Of a stretch of DNA of 64,000 nt, positions 46,713 through 56,797 are shown in pieces (the stretch's first letter is position 1; every line of letters begins with the position of its first letter). A program made the translations under genes and the position numbers. The notes beneath the pieces are model-generated. The model did no database searches, had not been told where the DNA came from, and was given only the letters and a program-made list of their open reading frames with translations. This DNA is from a virus. The stretch is taken from the IMG/VR virus record IMGVR_UViG_3300005529_000024, positions 96,001-160,000 of that record; one strand, given 5' to 3'.

Positions 46713-46716
46713 TCAT

Positions 46717-47826
46717 ATGAGCACATTAAAAGTAGAGATCTGTAGAATTGATGGTGTGGAAAAGCATCCTAATGCCGATAGGCTGGATATTGTCAAGATT
46801 GCCGGTTGGCAATGTGTCACACAGAAAGATGCTTTTAAGGTAGGGGATTCCTGCGTCTACATACCGATTGACTCGATATTGCCCCTCGAAGTTGAGAGTA
46901 AGATCTTTGGTCCTGATTCTAAGATTAAGCTTGATAAATCTAGGGTCAGATCAATTAAACTTCGTGGTGCCATTTCACAGGGTATGGCTGTAAGACCATC
47001 TACTCTCGGTATTCCTGATGATCAGGATGTTGGTACAGATGTTTCTGAGATTCTTGGCATTAAGAAATATGAACCGCCTACCAGGGAGGTGTCTCATAAC
47101 AGTCAGCTTAATCCTAAACCAAAGCGAAGCTGTAATCCTAATTTCAAGAAGTATACTGGTATCGAGAACTGGAAATGGTATCCAACACTTTTCGATAGCA
47201 CAGAAGAGGTCGTAGTTACAGAGAAGATTCATGGTACAAACTTCCGCTGTGGCTATATTCCTTACTGTGCAAATACTTGGTGGAAGAAGGTTCTGAAGTT
47301 TCTTCACCTTACACCTCAGTATGAGTTTGTGTATGGTAGCCACAATGTTCAGTTGCAGAATAAACTGCGCTATAAAGGCTACTACAGCAATAACGTGTAT
47401 CTTAAAATCGCTAAGCAATATAACCTTGAGTCTGTTCTGAAGAACTTTCCTGGTTTTGTTGTATACGGGGAAATCTACGGTGATAGGATACAGAAGGGAT
47501 ATAATTACGGGTGTGGTACAGGAGAGCATAAGCTCGTTGTTTTTGATGTCATGCACGATGGCAGTTATCTAGACTTTCCTGTCTTTAGTGTTTTTTGTAA
47601 TTTGAGACGGCTACCTATGGCCCCTGTTGTTTATCATGGCCCGTATGATGGCGATAAGATTCTGTCCCTTACCAAAGGCAATTCTGTTCTCTGTCCTGAG
47701 CAGAGGGTTCGTGAGGGAGTCGTTGTGAAACCATTAAAAGAACAGATAACATTTATGGGTAGAAAGATTTTAAAAGTCATCTCTGATGATTATCTGTTGA
47801 ACAACGATAACACTGACTTTCATTAA
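46717..47826 (+). CDS. ATP-dependent RNA ligase (Rnl2/DRB0094-like) with N-terminal OB domain
   Basis: HPNADRL; LRG..SQG; TEKIHGTN; YGEIYG; VFD; REGVVVK; LKVIS..YL. Confidence 0.92.
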   Translation: MSTLKVEICRIDGVEKHPNADRLDIVKIAGWQCVTQKDAFKVGDSCVYIPIDSILPLEVESKIFGPDSKIKLDKSRVRSIKLRGAISQGMAVRPSTLGIPDDQDVGTDVSEILGIKKYEPPTREVSHNSQLNPKPKRSCNPNFKKYTGIENWKWYPTLFDSTEEVVVTEKIHGTNFRCGYIPYCANTWWKKVLKFLHLTPQYEFVYGSHNVQLQNKLRYKGYYSNNVYLKIAKQYNLESVLKNFPGFVVYGEIYGDRIQKGYNYGCGTGEHKLVVFDVMHDGSYLDFPVFSVFCNLRRLPMAPVVYHGPYDGDKILSLTKGNSVLCPEQRVREGVVVKPLKEQITFMGRKILKVISDDYLLNNDNTDFH

Positions 47827-48020
47827 TATTTAGGGGAGTATATGTTAAAGGATGTACACACAATAGTAGCTTGCTTTAGCTGTGATTTAGACAAAGAAGT
47901 AAGGGAGTATCTTTCCAGGGGTTGGCATCTTGGTGATCTCTCTGTTACGGAACTTAATGGTGAACTTAAGTTTGTGCAACAAATGTTGTTTTATGATGAG
48001 ACTTATTAAGGAGAATAAAA

Positions 48021-48455
48021 ATGATCGATCAATCTAAAATGGAACAAGTAAGAGAATTCGGTGAATTGTTTGAGCAATATTCACGTAATAAAATTATGGC
48101 CTATTTCCTCAGTAGCGGTGATCTGCTTATTGGTATGGTAGCAGAGGAACAAGCCGATCAGGATTGCATAACAAAGGTTCTGCTGATTAAACACGCTACT
48201 GCAATTTTCCCAATGGAGAGTAACCTTGCCGTTCCTGGTCAACAGGTTGCGAACATGACTCCTTTTGCGATGCCGACTAATATCAAGGTCCCGATTAACC
48301 GTTTCTTTGTCAACACAAAGGCTGTAGTTGGGAGTGCCGTACTTAATAGTACCGAACCTCTCTTCGGTCATTATCTCGGTGTCATAGTAAGATCTGAGTT
48401 TGAAAAGCGTATGAAAAAGGAAGAAAAAGAGCCGTCAAGAATTATTCATCCATAG
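48021..48455 (+). CDS. hypothetical protein (possible Sm-like fold)
   Basis: AAGGAG RBS; YFLSSGDLLIG. Confidence 0.5.
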   Translation: MIDQSKMEQVREFGELFEQYSRNKIMAYFLSSGDLLIGMVAEEQADQDCITKVLLIKHATAIFPMESNLAVPGQQVANMTPFAMPTNIKVPINRFFVNTKAVVGSAVLNSTEPLFGHYLGVIVRSEFEKRMKKEEKEPSRIIHP

Positions 48456-48462
48456 GATCGTC

Positions 48463-48696
48463 ATGAAGAAGTTTTTTCAAAAGCTGATATCTCTATTTCG
48501 TCAGCGCAACGATGTAAGACTAAAGTTTGTTTATTTCTATCGTGAGGATGGATTCATAATGGCTATCGACAGCAACTTAGTCATTTGGTACTACGATACA
48601 AAACAGCAAACTTGGTATATGCGTTGGGGTAATAAGGTTAGCTTGGATAATCCTTATTCTGTTATTAATCCTTATACAAAAAGGTCTGGTAAATGA
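48463..48696 (+). CDS. hypothetical protein
   Basis: Operon context. Confidence 0.45.
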   Translation: MKKFFQKLISLFRQRNDVRLKFVYFYREDGFIMAIDSNLVIWYYDTKQQTWYMRWGNKVSLDNPYSVINPYTKRSGK

Positions 48697-49067
48697 CACC
48701 GGAAGAGTATATTGCACAGGTTAAGATTACAGAGTCAACTGATTGGGACGTTATCTCTGGTAGATTGAATAACATAGAAACATTGCGACTCCTTCATTCT
48801 GCTGTTGGTTCGTCAACAGAGGCTGGAGAAGTATTGGATATTATCAAAAAGCATGTCTTCTATGGGAAACCGCTCGATAGGGAGCACCTTAAAGAAGAAT
48901 TTGGGGATCTCCTTTGGTACGCTGCTATCGGTATGGACATCTTGGATTTTTCATTTGAAGAGGTAATGAAATCTAATATTGATAAGCTGCGGGTTCGATA
49001 TGGTAAGAAGTTTAGCGAACACGCTGCATTGAACCGTATAGAGCATAAGGATGAATCTTTAGAATGA
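48693..49067 (+). CDS. MazG-like nucleotide pyrophosphohydrolase
   Basis: G..TEAGEV.D..KK...EEFGDLLWY...N..KL..RY. Confidence 0.88.
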   Translation: MTPEEYIAQVKITESTDWDVISGRLNNIETLRLLHSAVGSSTEAGEVLDIIKKHVFYGKPLDREHLKEEFGDLLWYAAIGMDILDFSFEEVMKSNIDKLRVRYGKKFSEHAALNRIEHKDESLE

Positions 49068-49162
49068 CAGTTTTCATTATTTTATTAGTGTCAATTATCA
49101 TTGGATCTCTCATTGATTGGTTAATAGGTCTTTTTATAGATCGATTTTAACGGAGTATAAAG

Positions 49163-49330
49163 ATGGCAAAAGATAAAGAGTCTCATTCAGGGAAAAAGCA
49201 TGGTACAAGAATTATCTCATGTACCTGTACAAATGCTTTCCAGGATAAACAACACGGCCATGGAAAGCGTGTTGGTAACTATACAAGTAAACAGACTGCC
49301 CGTTGTACAGTGTGCGGGAAAGAGCATTAA
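49163..49330 (+). CDS. small Zn-binding protein (55 aa)
   Basis: GGAG RBS; CTC...FQD...G.GKRV.N...RCTVCG. Confidence 0.5.
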   Translation: MAKDKESHSGKKHGTRIISCTCTNAFQDKQHGHGKRVGNYTSKQTARCTVCGKEH

Positions 49331-50404
49331 ATGGGCTATTTACTCGCGTTATTACTATTCCCAATAATCTGGCCTTTCATAGCTAAAGCTATATGGTCAA
49401 GGGATATTACTATTAAGGAAATGCTCCTTAATATCGTAATAGTAATAGTCCTGATTATTCTAGCATGGGAAACAACATCCTATGTAAGCATGCTAGATAC
49501 CGAAATCTGGAATGGCGAGATTCTATCTAAACATAGGGTTCATGGTTCATATGTTCGTTCTTATAGCTGCAATTGTACAACTGATTCAAAAGGCAATCAG
49601 ACTTGTCAGACTTGTTACGAAGATCATTACACAGTCAATTGGTACGCCAAGTCTAACATAAATGATATTCAATTTGATTATGCAGATTGGACTTCCAGGG
49701 GCGTATATAGTCTTCCTGATCCAGCTTCATACTCCTCTTGCAAAATTGGTGATCCTGTTTCATTGGAGCGTAGATTTAAAAACTATGTAAAGGTCGCCTC
49801 TAAGAGTTTATTTCATCTAGATCCAAATCTTGCTGTCTTTGAGAAGAGTATTCCTAACTATCCAAAAGTTTTCTCTTTCTATAAAATAAATAGAGTGCTC
49901 AACACAAATTCTTCCATATCTCAAGATCAGATCAATTTACTAAACGATAATCTAAACCATGGATTAAAGGAGCTTGGTCCGAAGAAGCAGGCTAACATAG
50001 TAGTTATATTAACAGGTATTAATGATCATAACTATAAATCTGCTGTCGAATCTAATTGGCTTGGTGGTAAGAAAAATGATATCTTGGTTTTTATAGGTAC
50101 AGATGCAGACAAGAATATAACATGGGCTGATGCAAGTACTTGGGCATTTAATTCAGGTAATGAGATGCTTCAGGTTAAACTTCGTGATTCTTTATTGGAA
50201 TCCAAGACGTTTGATGCTGAGACAATTTCTAAGATTATTTTAGATTCGACTAATAATTATTACAAGCGTCCGCACATGAAAGATTTTAAGTATCTACTGG
50301 ATGATATTGAACCGCCTATGTGGGTGTTTATCACGCTTTTAATCATTGGGATAGCAGGTAGTATTGGGCTAAGTATCTTTTTTATAAAGGAGAATGTACT
50401 ATGA
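49331..50404 (+). CDS. membrane protein
   Basis: N- and C-terminal hydrophobic segments; YSCNC..CQTC; W.GGKKND. Confidence 0.65.
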   Translation: MGYLLALLLFPIIWPFIAKAIWSRDITIKEMLLNIVIVIVLIILAWETTSYVSMLDTEIWNGEILSKHRVHGSYVRSYSCNCTTDSKGNQTCQTCYEDHYTVNWYAKSNINDIQFDYADWTSRGVYSLPDPASYSSCKIGDPVSLERRFKNYVKVASKSLFHLDPNLAVFEKSIPNYPKVFSFYKINRVLNTNSSISQDQINLLNDNLNHGLKELGPKKQANIVVILTGINDHNYKSAVESNWLGGKKNDILVFIGTDADKNITWADASTWAFNSGNEMLQVKLRDSLLESKTFDAETISKIILDSTNNYYKRPHMKDFKYLLDDIEPPMWVFITLLIIGIAGSIGLSIFFIKENVL

Positions 50405-50958
50405 AAACAGCCATGATTTCTTTAGCAGCAGTTTTAGGTATCTTTGTTTTGGTTGCAGTTTTTTGTGTAGGCTCATATATAAACGCTTACAACTATGGAA
50501 ACAGCACTGAAGCTCAGATTAAGGCAGAGTATTCCAACATGGAGAATATCCTTGGTCAATACTCGCTTAAAGTAGCGGAAGCGGCACAAGTACCTGCTGC
50601 TTATCGGGATGATCTTAAGACCGTTGTATCTGCTGCCATGACAGGCCGATATGGTCAGGATGGAAGCAAAGCAGTTTTCCAGTTTATCAAAGAGCAGAAT
50701 GTACAGGTTGATTCGTCTGTGTATAAACAGCTTCAACAGACTATTGAGGGTGGGCGTAATCAATTTGAGAATTCCCAGACTAAGTTTATTGATGTCAAAC
50801 GAGTGTATGAGACGAATCTTGGATCTTTCTGGACTGGAACATGGCTTAAGGTCGCCGGTTATCCAAAGATTAATCTTGCTGAGTTTAAACTGATCTCTAG
50901 TGAACATGCTCAGGATACTTTCAAGACTGGTGTTGACAAAGGATTAAAGATAAGATAA
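50401..50958 (+). CDS. membrane-anchored protein (LemA-like)
   Basis: N-terminal hydrophobic segment; GRYG..GS....FIKE; paired with 49331. Confidence 0.55.
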   Translation: MKTAMISLAAVLGIFVLVAVFCVGSYINAYNYGNSTEAQIKAEYSNMENILGQYSLKVAEAAQVPAAYRDDLKTVVSAAMTGRYGQDGSKAVFQFIKEQNVQVDSSVYKQLQQTIEGGRNQFENSQTKFIDVKRVYETNLGSFWTGTWLKVAGYPKINLAEFKLISSEHAQDTFKTGVDKGLKIR

Positions 50959-51122
50959 TGGCTAAGAAAATTATATTCCAATGGAAATGGGGATCTGGTA
51001 TCCTGGAAGCAACGGTGTTAGAAGAAGTTGACACCTATTACTATGTTCAGTTTGATAATGGCACCAGAACTATGTGTTTAAAAGACAAAATAAAAGTCAT
51101 AGAGACCAAAGGAGAATAAGAA

Positions 51123-52190
51123 ATGAAACTGCAAGATTTGGATTTAGCGGCTGTTGAGGAAACAAAAGTAGAAAGTTTTATTTGTATGCTGGCAGATATC
51201 AAGCTGCTTGATGCTGGTGTGGTTCATTGCGTGGACAAGGATTATAAACTCGATATTACCTCTATCGAGGATCTCTGTAAACTCCTTGACGTGCCTGTAC
51301 GATTCCAGAAGCGTGTGGCTAGCATTAGCGCCTATCTTTGGGTTGAAATTGCGGCTAAGCTTCAGGTTGCACATAACCATGATGTTAGGGTGTATTTTAA
51401 GGGTGACACTATTAAATCAATTGTTCATGTCGATTCTCCTGATGTTTCAAACGGACAGATGTTAGATGCTCTTCTGAATAACCCCGTCATCCAGAATCTT
51501 GATGTCACTCGATATTCTATAGACGATGACGGCATCCTCGTTACCTTTACTGATCCGGCAAGGGACTTCTCAACTGGTAGCTGGTCTGACCTTGGTAATG
51601 ATATCTTCCGCGTGGGCATCTCCTTCCAGGGTAATCAACTCGGTCATAACAGACCTAGACTAACAGAAGGTGTTGAACGTCTCATTTGTACAAACATGAC
51701 TTATATGATGATGCGGCGTCACTCATATGCGCTCAACGTTAAGCGTCGTTCTTTAGATGTTCTTCTAGAAGAGCGTTTTGGAACATGGTCTCAGAATAAC
51801 ACTATTATCAACCTTGTTAATGACAGAGTTAATTTACTTAAAAATACATCTGCGTCTTATCTTGAGGTTGAAACTGTTTTCTACTCTCTGGCGAGTTTAA
51901 TTGATGACAGTGAGTGTGCGCTTGTTCCTGATCTCTATGACCGCATTCCAGTGCATTCTATCGCCATGGCTTATGGTGGAGAGCATCCCCTGAAGCGTTC
52001 GAACAAGTTTAAGGCCACAGCAAAGACACCGATCAACCTGTATGATCTCTACAATCATCTTACTGATGTTGGATCAAACAATAAGAAATTGAGCACTGAA
52101 GATAGTTTGAGTCTCGGTATCTTGGGTGGTAAGTTCCTCATGAAGACTCCTGATCTCGTGGATGTAGCCCCACAGACTGTGATCTTCTAA
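51123..52190 (+). CDS. DUF932-like protein (divergent)
   Basis: GISF..N..G...RLICTN; NLYDLYNHLT. Confidence 0.55.
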   Translation: MKLQDLDLAAVEETKVESFICMLADIKLLDAGVVHCVDKDYKLDITSIEDLCKLLDVPVRFQKRVASISAYLWVEIAAKLQVAHNHDVRVYFKGDTIKSIVHVDSPDVSNGQMLDALLNNPVIQNLDVTRYSIDDDGILVTFTDPARDFSTGSWSDLGNDIFRVGISFQGNQLGHNRPRLTEGVERLICTNMTYMMMRRHSYALNVKRRSLDVLLEERFGTWSQNNTIINLVNDRVNLLKNTSASYLEVETVFYSLASLIDDSECALVPDLYDRIPVHSIAMAYGGEHPLKRSNKFKATAKTPINLYDLYNHLTDVGSNNKKLSTEDSLSLGILGGKFLMKTPDLVDVAPQTVIF

Positions 52191-52202
52191 CGAAGGTATA
52201 AG

Positions 52203-52403
52203 ATGGAGTTGTCTCGTTTCAAAGAAATAAAGCGTTGTATTAAGTGTGATTTCTTCACTGAAAATATACAGCGGATACACTGTAAAGGAAATAGGAACAG
52301 TACAGAGATCTGCGCTGACATTACTTACGAGCATATGCATCTTACTTGTAAGGGGTGTGGATTTGAGATGTTAGAGCATACTAAGGATTCTAATGTCGTA
52401 TAA
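52203..52403 (+). CDS. small Zn-ribbon protein
   Basis: CIKC...EHMH..C..CGF. Confidence 0.5.
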   Translation: MELSRFKEIKRCIKCDFFTENIQRIHCKGNRNSTEICADITYEHMHLTCKGCGFEMLEHTKDSNVV

Positions 52404-52773
52404 GTTTTTGATACAACTGGCTATCAAGAATGTACACTTGGTCAGTGTCCACAAATCCAAGCACTTCTGCTTTATATTTAAAAATGGAAGTCTATGCACG
52501 TTTGGTCTGAACTGTCGCATATTCTTCCAGACTAAAGATGGAAAAACAAAGTACTCTAAACATGCAGAGGAAGTGGCTATCGACAGATTGAAAGCTTTAA
52601 CACGTAATACTCGATTCAATCCAAGGCATTATTCAATAGTGAATATTCGAATCAACAGTAAGGGAGAATTAAGAAATTCCAAACCATGTAGCGGGTGTAA
52701 GTCTATTATTGATGAGATCGGCATCAAGAAAGTCTATGCGAGTACTGATGCAGGGAACATAATAAAAGTATAG
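52393..52773 (+). CDS. zinc-dependent deaminase-fold protein
   Basis: HAEEVAI and SKPCSGC; GIKKVY. Confidence 0.78.
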   Translation: MSYKFLIQLAIKNVHLVSVHKSKHFCFIFKNGSLCTFGLNCRIFFQTKDGKTKYSKHAEEVAIDRLKALTRNTRFNPRHYSIVNIRINSKGELRNSKPCSGCKSIIDEIGIKKVYASTDAGNIIKV

Positions 52774-52781
52774 GAGGGATC

Positions 52782-53000
52782 ATGAGTTTTGATTCAGAAT
52801 ATGGGGACAGTCAAAATGATATCAGCAGAGACGATATTCTCTCAGCATTATCTGAGGTCACAGACTTTGTGACCGAGGGTCAATATGAACTAGCCCATGA
52901 GAAGCTTTTGGATATCACGGATATGATAGAAAATATCCAAGAAGCTGAAGATTACGATGATCGTGAAGTTGATGAGGAATTCAACGAACATGAATTCTAA
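52782..53000 (+). CDS. small acidic protein
   Basis: AGGAGG RBS; Asp/Glu-rich. Confidence 0.55.
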   Translation: MSFDSEYGDSQNDISRDDILSALSEVTDFVTEGQYELAHEKLLDITDMIENIQEAEDYDDREVDEEFNEHEF

Positions 53001-53241
53001 AAGTCTTATTGACGAATTTCTGAAAAATAAAGGCAACACGATTAAGTCAGCAGATCAAGTCGTTAAGTCTGGATTTTATAAGAACATACATAAAAACAGA
53101 TGGGAAGCTTGGCTTGTTACTCCTGATGGCAAGAAGCTTTTAGGTTTTCAACCGTATAACAGTCAGGAATATTTTCTCATAGAATGGAAGGCAAGATTAT
53201 CAACAACTTACCCGGAACTTAAAAATGATCAATCCAAATAA
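52990..53241 (+). CDS. hypothetical protein
   Basis: Operon context. Confidence 0.45.
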   Translation: MNSKSLIDEFLKNKGNTIKSADQVVKSGFYKNIHKNRWEAWLVTPDGKKLLGFQPYNSQEYFLIEWKARLSTTYPELKNDQSK

Positions 53242-53530
53242 GACGCTGTATGAATGTCATATCACTGTGCTGATACAGCCAGATAGAATAAAGGAGTATG
53301 AGGTACTTGGTAAAGAGATGAAGTGGAAGACATCCTATATTGCAGGTGATCCTGTTATGGGAGACAATATGACATACTTCTATTTCACAAGACATCATAC
53401 AGATTATAACGAGCTTTATTCCGAAATGCAGGCTGCATCTAGAATGATTAATATCGGTGTGGTTAGGGAGAAGATTGAGGCAATTGTTTACGATACAAAG
53501 TTAGGGATAAAGCCAAAGGAGAATAAATAA
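53225..53530 (+). CDS. hypothetical protein
   Basis: YECHIT...REKIE..VYD. Confidence 0.55.
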   Translation: MINPNKTLYECHITVLIQPDRIKEYEVLGKEMKWKTSYIAGDPVMGDNMTYFYFTRHHTDYNELYSEMQAASRMINIGVVREKIEAIVYDTKLGIKPKENK

Positions 53531-53534
53531 GTTC

Positions 53535-54185
53535 ATGAAACTCGTTGCTCTTTCTGACACTCACAACCAGCATAATAATATAGAGGTCCCGAATGGAGAC
53601 ATACTCGTTCATGCTGGCGATATCAGCTATCAGGGTAGATTCCAAGAGATAGCAGTATTCATAAAATGGTTTGCTGCTCAACCTCATCCTATCAAGATTC
53701 TCGTACCAGGTAATCATGATTTCCTGTTCGAACGTGATATGCCTACCGCGAGAAAACTGTGTGAGGAGAATAAGATTACGCTCTTGGTAAATGAAGGAGC
53801 GACAATTAGAGATCTCTTTGTTTGGGGTAGTCCTGCTGTGCCCTTCTTTATGAATTGGGCTTTTAATTATCAGCGTGGTGAAGATATCAAACGGTTTTGG
53901 AACCTCATCCCTTCTGATATCGATTTACTTATTACTCATGGTCCACCAAAAGGAATCCTTGATGAGATTGATGGACAGGAAGTAGGCTGTTGGGATCTTC
54001 TGGAAGAGGTCCTTAATAGGATTAAACCAAAAGTTCATTTGTTTGGGCATATACATAAAAATGGAGGGCTGTCACTTACAATTGATGGAACGACATTTTA
54101 TAATGTGGCTATTTGTGACGAAACGTATAAAACAACAAATCCAGTAACTGTGATTGATATAGGGAGAGAAAAACATGGTGCGTAA
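53535..54185 (+). CDS. metallophosphoesterase (MPPED/239FB-like)
   Basis: SDTH, HAGD, PGNHD, THGPP, FGHIH. Confidence 0.9.
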   Translation: MKLVALSDTHNQHNNIEVPNGDILVHAGDISYQGRFQEIAVFIKWFAAQPHPIKILVPGNHDFLFERDMPTARKLCEENKITLLVNEGATIRDLFVWGSPAVPFFMNWAFNYQRGEDIKRFWNLIPSDIDLLITHGPPKGILDEIDGQEVGCWDLLEEVLNRIKPKVHLFGHIHKNGGLSLTIDGTTFYNVAICDETYKTTNPVTVIDIGREKHGA

Positions 54186-54810
54186 TGTTGAAGGGTTAAA
54201 ATTTTTCTTAAAGAATACGATCTTTGATGTGGTTCTTTATGATACGGATGATCATAAGAAATATGCTGTCGCTGGTGGTGCTGTACGCGATTACCTGTCT
54301 AACAATCCGATTAAAGACATCGATATTTTCTGTGAAGATATTGAGGCAGAAGAATATATCCTGGATAGGCTTCAATCGTTAGCTGATTTCGGTCATCCAG
54401 ATATCGTCTACGTAAACCATAATGATTTCCTTTCTAACTATCGTATTGGGGAATATGCTGTTCAGATTATCCGGAACAAGTATTTCCCGCTTACTAATGA
54501 TCCTAGTTTTCTAATTGAAGCATTTGACTTCACCATTTGTGGCGGTATGGTTCGTTTCGATGGTGAAGCATTCTTCCTTCCTACATTCTTCCAAGACTGT
54601 CTCGCAAAACATCTTCGCATTCAAGTTATTACCTTCCCCTTGTCAACACTCGAACGTATGCAAAAATATATTCAACGAGGTTACACAGCATGCAATGGTA
54701 CTCTCCTGAGTATTGCAAAGAGTCTTCAAGGCTTGGATTACGATAATCCAGATGTCAACACTCTTGTCTTTTATCCGGATGGTACGCCTAGATTTTTCTC
54801 ATACGATTAA
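54175..54810 (+). CDS. CCA-adding/poly(A) polymerase head-like nucleotidyltransferase
   Basis: AGGAVRD...KDIDIF; FDFTIC; R..KY..RGY. Confidence 0.78.
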   Translation: MVRNVEGLKFFLKNTIFDVVLYDTDDHKKYAVAGGAVRDYLSNNPIKDIDIFCEDIEAEEYILDRLQSLADFGHPDIVYVNHNDFLSNYRIGEYAVQIIRNKYFPLTNDPSFLIEAFDFTICGGMVRFDGEAFFLPTFFQDCLAKHLRIQVITFPLSTLERMQKYIQRGYTACNGTLLSIAKSLQGLDYDNPDVNTLVFYPDGTPRFFSYD

Positions 54811-54848
54811 ACTGTTTTTTATTTGTGAAAACAAACAAGGAGGATAAC

Positions 54849-55190
54849 ATGAGCTTTACAGTCAATGTAAACCAGAAGAATCTTTCTGATGAGGAAATTG
54901 ATCTCGTTAATATAATCACGTACCTTTATCATGAATTTGACGAAGAAAATTTTGCTTGCATGGAAGACATTGAGGAGATGGCTGGTAATCTAGGGTATCC
55001 AAAGACTATCGCTAGAGTCACTCTCAGAATGCTCCAGAACAAGGGATTGGTCGAATGTGATCCTTATGGCCGTGGTTACAAGTTATCTGATGTTGGCGTT
55101 GCTGTATCAGATGAATGTGGTTTTTGGAAAAACTCAAGAGCAGCATATTATTCAGTTTTAGAAAGTAAAGATGTAAAGGAGGAGATTTAA
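54849..55190 (+). CDS. winged-helix protein
   Basis: L..LQNKGLV...GYKLSD.G. Confidence 0.55.
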   Translation: MSFTVNVNQKNLSDEEIDLVNIITYLYHEFDEENFACMEDIEEMAGNLGYPKTIARVTLRMLQNKGLVECDPYGRGYKLSDVGVAVSDECGFWKNSRAAYYSVLESKDVKEEI

Positions 55191-55465
55191 TGAGTAAAGT
55201 ATATGTCATGGTATCGGGTGAGCCTAGTTCCGGTAAGTCAACAATCGCTCGCGTCATTAAGGAAGCATTACATGATAAGGGTATCGAGGTTGGGACATTC
55301 GCTGATGGCAAACCTATTCTTGTCGCGCATCCATCTGAGATAGATGATCGTGTCAATACGTTGGTGAAGGATGGACTGACTATCGATCTCATCGTTATGC
55401 AGATGACGAAGCAAGCACCTCCTGTTAACAAATCGCCTAATCAACCTTTCAAAGGAACAGAATAG
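55190..55465 (+). CDS. small P-loop-containing protein
   Basis: VSGEPSSGKST. Confidence 0.55.
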   Translation: MSKVYVMVSGEPSSGKSTIARVIKEALHDKGIEVGTFADGKPILVAHPSEIDDRVNTLVKDGLTIDLIVMQMTKQAPPVNKSPNQPFKGTE

Positions 55466-55571
55466 ATGTATGAACTCACAATCGTATTGGTATCAATCGG
55501 TTTCTTTTGCCTTACATGGGCTGCTTTTAGTCAAATAACTCATCCTCCATTAAGTGAAAAGGAGAAACGAG

Positions 55572-56012
55572 ATGAACAAGACAGTAGAAAGCCTCTTTAA
55601 ATTGCAGGCTCATATTGCTCAGTCTGCTCCTCAGAATCCTCCCAATCTTCTCGAACTAAGGCTCTTAGAGCTACGTTCGAAATTAAAATCCTACCAGGAT
55701 GATGCGTTCATGGTGAAGATCGCTATCGGTATGTTAACCTTCGTTAGTTTGTCCGCATTAATTCTATCACTCTTCAGTCTCCGATATGGTATAATGTCTC
55801 TGATGCTGGTGATCCCTTCTATCATAATCATCTCGTTCAATATCCTTCTTACAATGTGGTTGATCGTTAGTCGAAGACTCCAGATGTCTGATTTCGTAGC
55901 GGAAAGGCAAGCCATTCTTCGTGATCTTTCGAATCCGAATCAACAGCAATCCATGTTCGATATGGATACCAGGAAGGCTCTTTTCGATGATCTTTGCAAA
56001 CTGTATACATAA
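55572..56012 (+). CDS. membrane protein
   Basis: AAGGAG RBS; two hydrophobic segments. Confidence 0.55.
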   Translation: MNKTVESLFKLQAHIAQSAPQNPPNLLELRLLELRSKLKSYQDDAFMVKIAIGMLTFVSLSALILSLFSLRYGIMSLMLVIPSIIIISFNILLTMWLIVSRRLQMSDFVAERQAILRDLSNPNQQQSMFDMDTRKALFDDLCKLYT

Positions 56013-56072
56013 TACTATATACTGTTTTACATGAAAAATATTTAAATCTTTAATATTTTCTTGAAAAAGTCC

Positions 56073-56101
56073 TTGACAAAATACCATTCCGGCGCTAGAC
56101 T
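56073..56101 (+). promoter_or_regulatory. sigma70-type promoter
   Basis: TTGACA-N17-TAGACT with A-tract upstream. Confidence 0.65.
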
Positions 56102-56180
56102 ATGGTACGTACAAATGTAAGCGTTATTGCAACTCATTGCAATTATACCTTGGATGGGATCATAAAAAGGAGAGAAGCGC

Positions 56181-56573
56181 ATGAACATTAGTAACGGAAG
56201 GGCGGTCAAGAAGTCTGATGAACGGTACAATAACTGGCTGTTTAATAAGTTTCCAATGCTCTTCCTGGAGCGGGAAGCTAAAAACAGCAACGCTTGGAAG
56301 CAACCAGCTTCGGCTACTTATTGGACCGATGACATTCTTCATATCGATGTCAACTTCACCGGGATCAAGAGAGAAGATGTCAACCTTATCCTGGAGGAGA
56401 ATTTTCTTTGTCTTGAAATCGTCAACCAAGGAGGTGAATGGCCTAAACGAAGACTTGCTGATTTCGTTCTTCCCCTCTCACTTGATTTTTCCTCCCTTCG
56501 ATCAGCATATGATGGCAATACTTTAAAAATTGAAATAAAAAAGAAAGAAACAAAGATCTTAAAACCAAATTAG
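56181..56573 (+). CDS. Hsp20/alpha-crystallin-like small heat shock protein
   Basis: GIKREDVNL.L....L; F.LP..LD.....AY....LKIEI.K. Confidence 0.7.
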   Translation: MNISNGRAVKKSDERYNNWLFNKFPMLFLEREAKNSNAWKQPASATYWTDDILHIDVNFTGIKREDVNLILEENFLCLEIVNQGGEWPKRRLADFVLPLSLDFSSLRSAYDGNTLKIEIKKKETKILKPN

Positions 56574-56576
56574 AAG

Positions 56577-56620
56577 TCCCCCTATTTGCTATCCGTTCTT
56601 GCAGATAGGGGGATTTTTTT
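56577..56620 (+). terminator. intrinsic terminator
   Basis: TCCCCCTATTTGC...GCAGATAGGGGGA plus T7. Confidence 0.85.
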
Positions 56621-56632
56621 GTCTAAAATATG

Positions 56633-56661
56633 TTGACAAAATAGACAATACCTGCTATAAT
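56633..56661 (+). promoter_or_regulatory. conserved early-type promoter
   Basis: TTGACA AAATAGACAATACCTGC TATAAT. Confidence 0.8.
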
Positions 56662-56797
56662 TTGGTTTGGATAAAGGAGGATACCAATGTGCGACAATAA
56701 GATTCATCCATGGGACCTAACAATCGGTAAAGGCTGGCTACTTGTCATTTTCCTTATCATATTATTAAAAATCCTCTTATAGAGGGCGAGGTAGGTA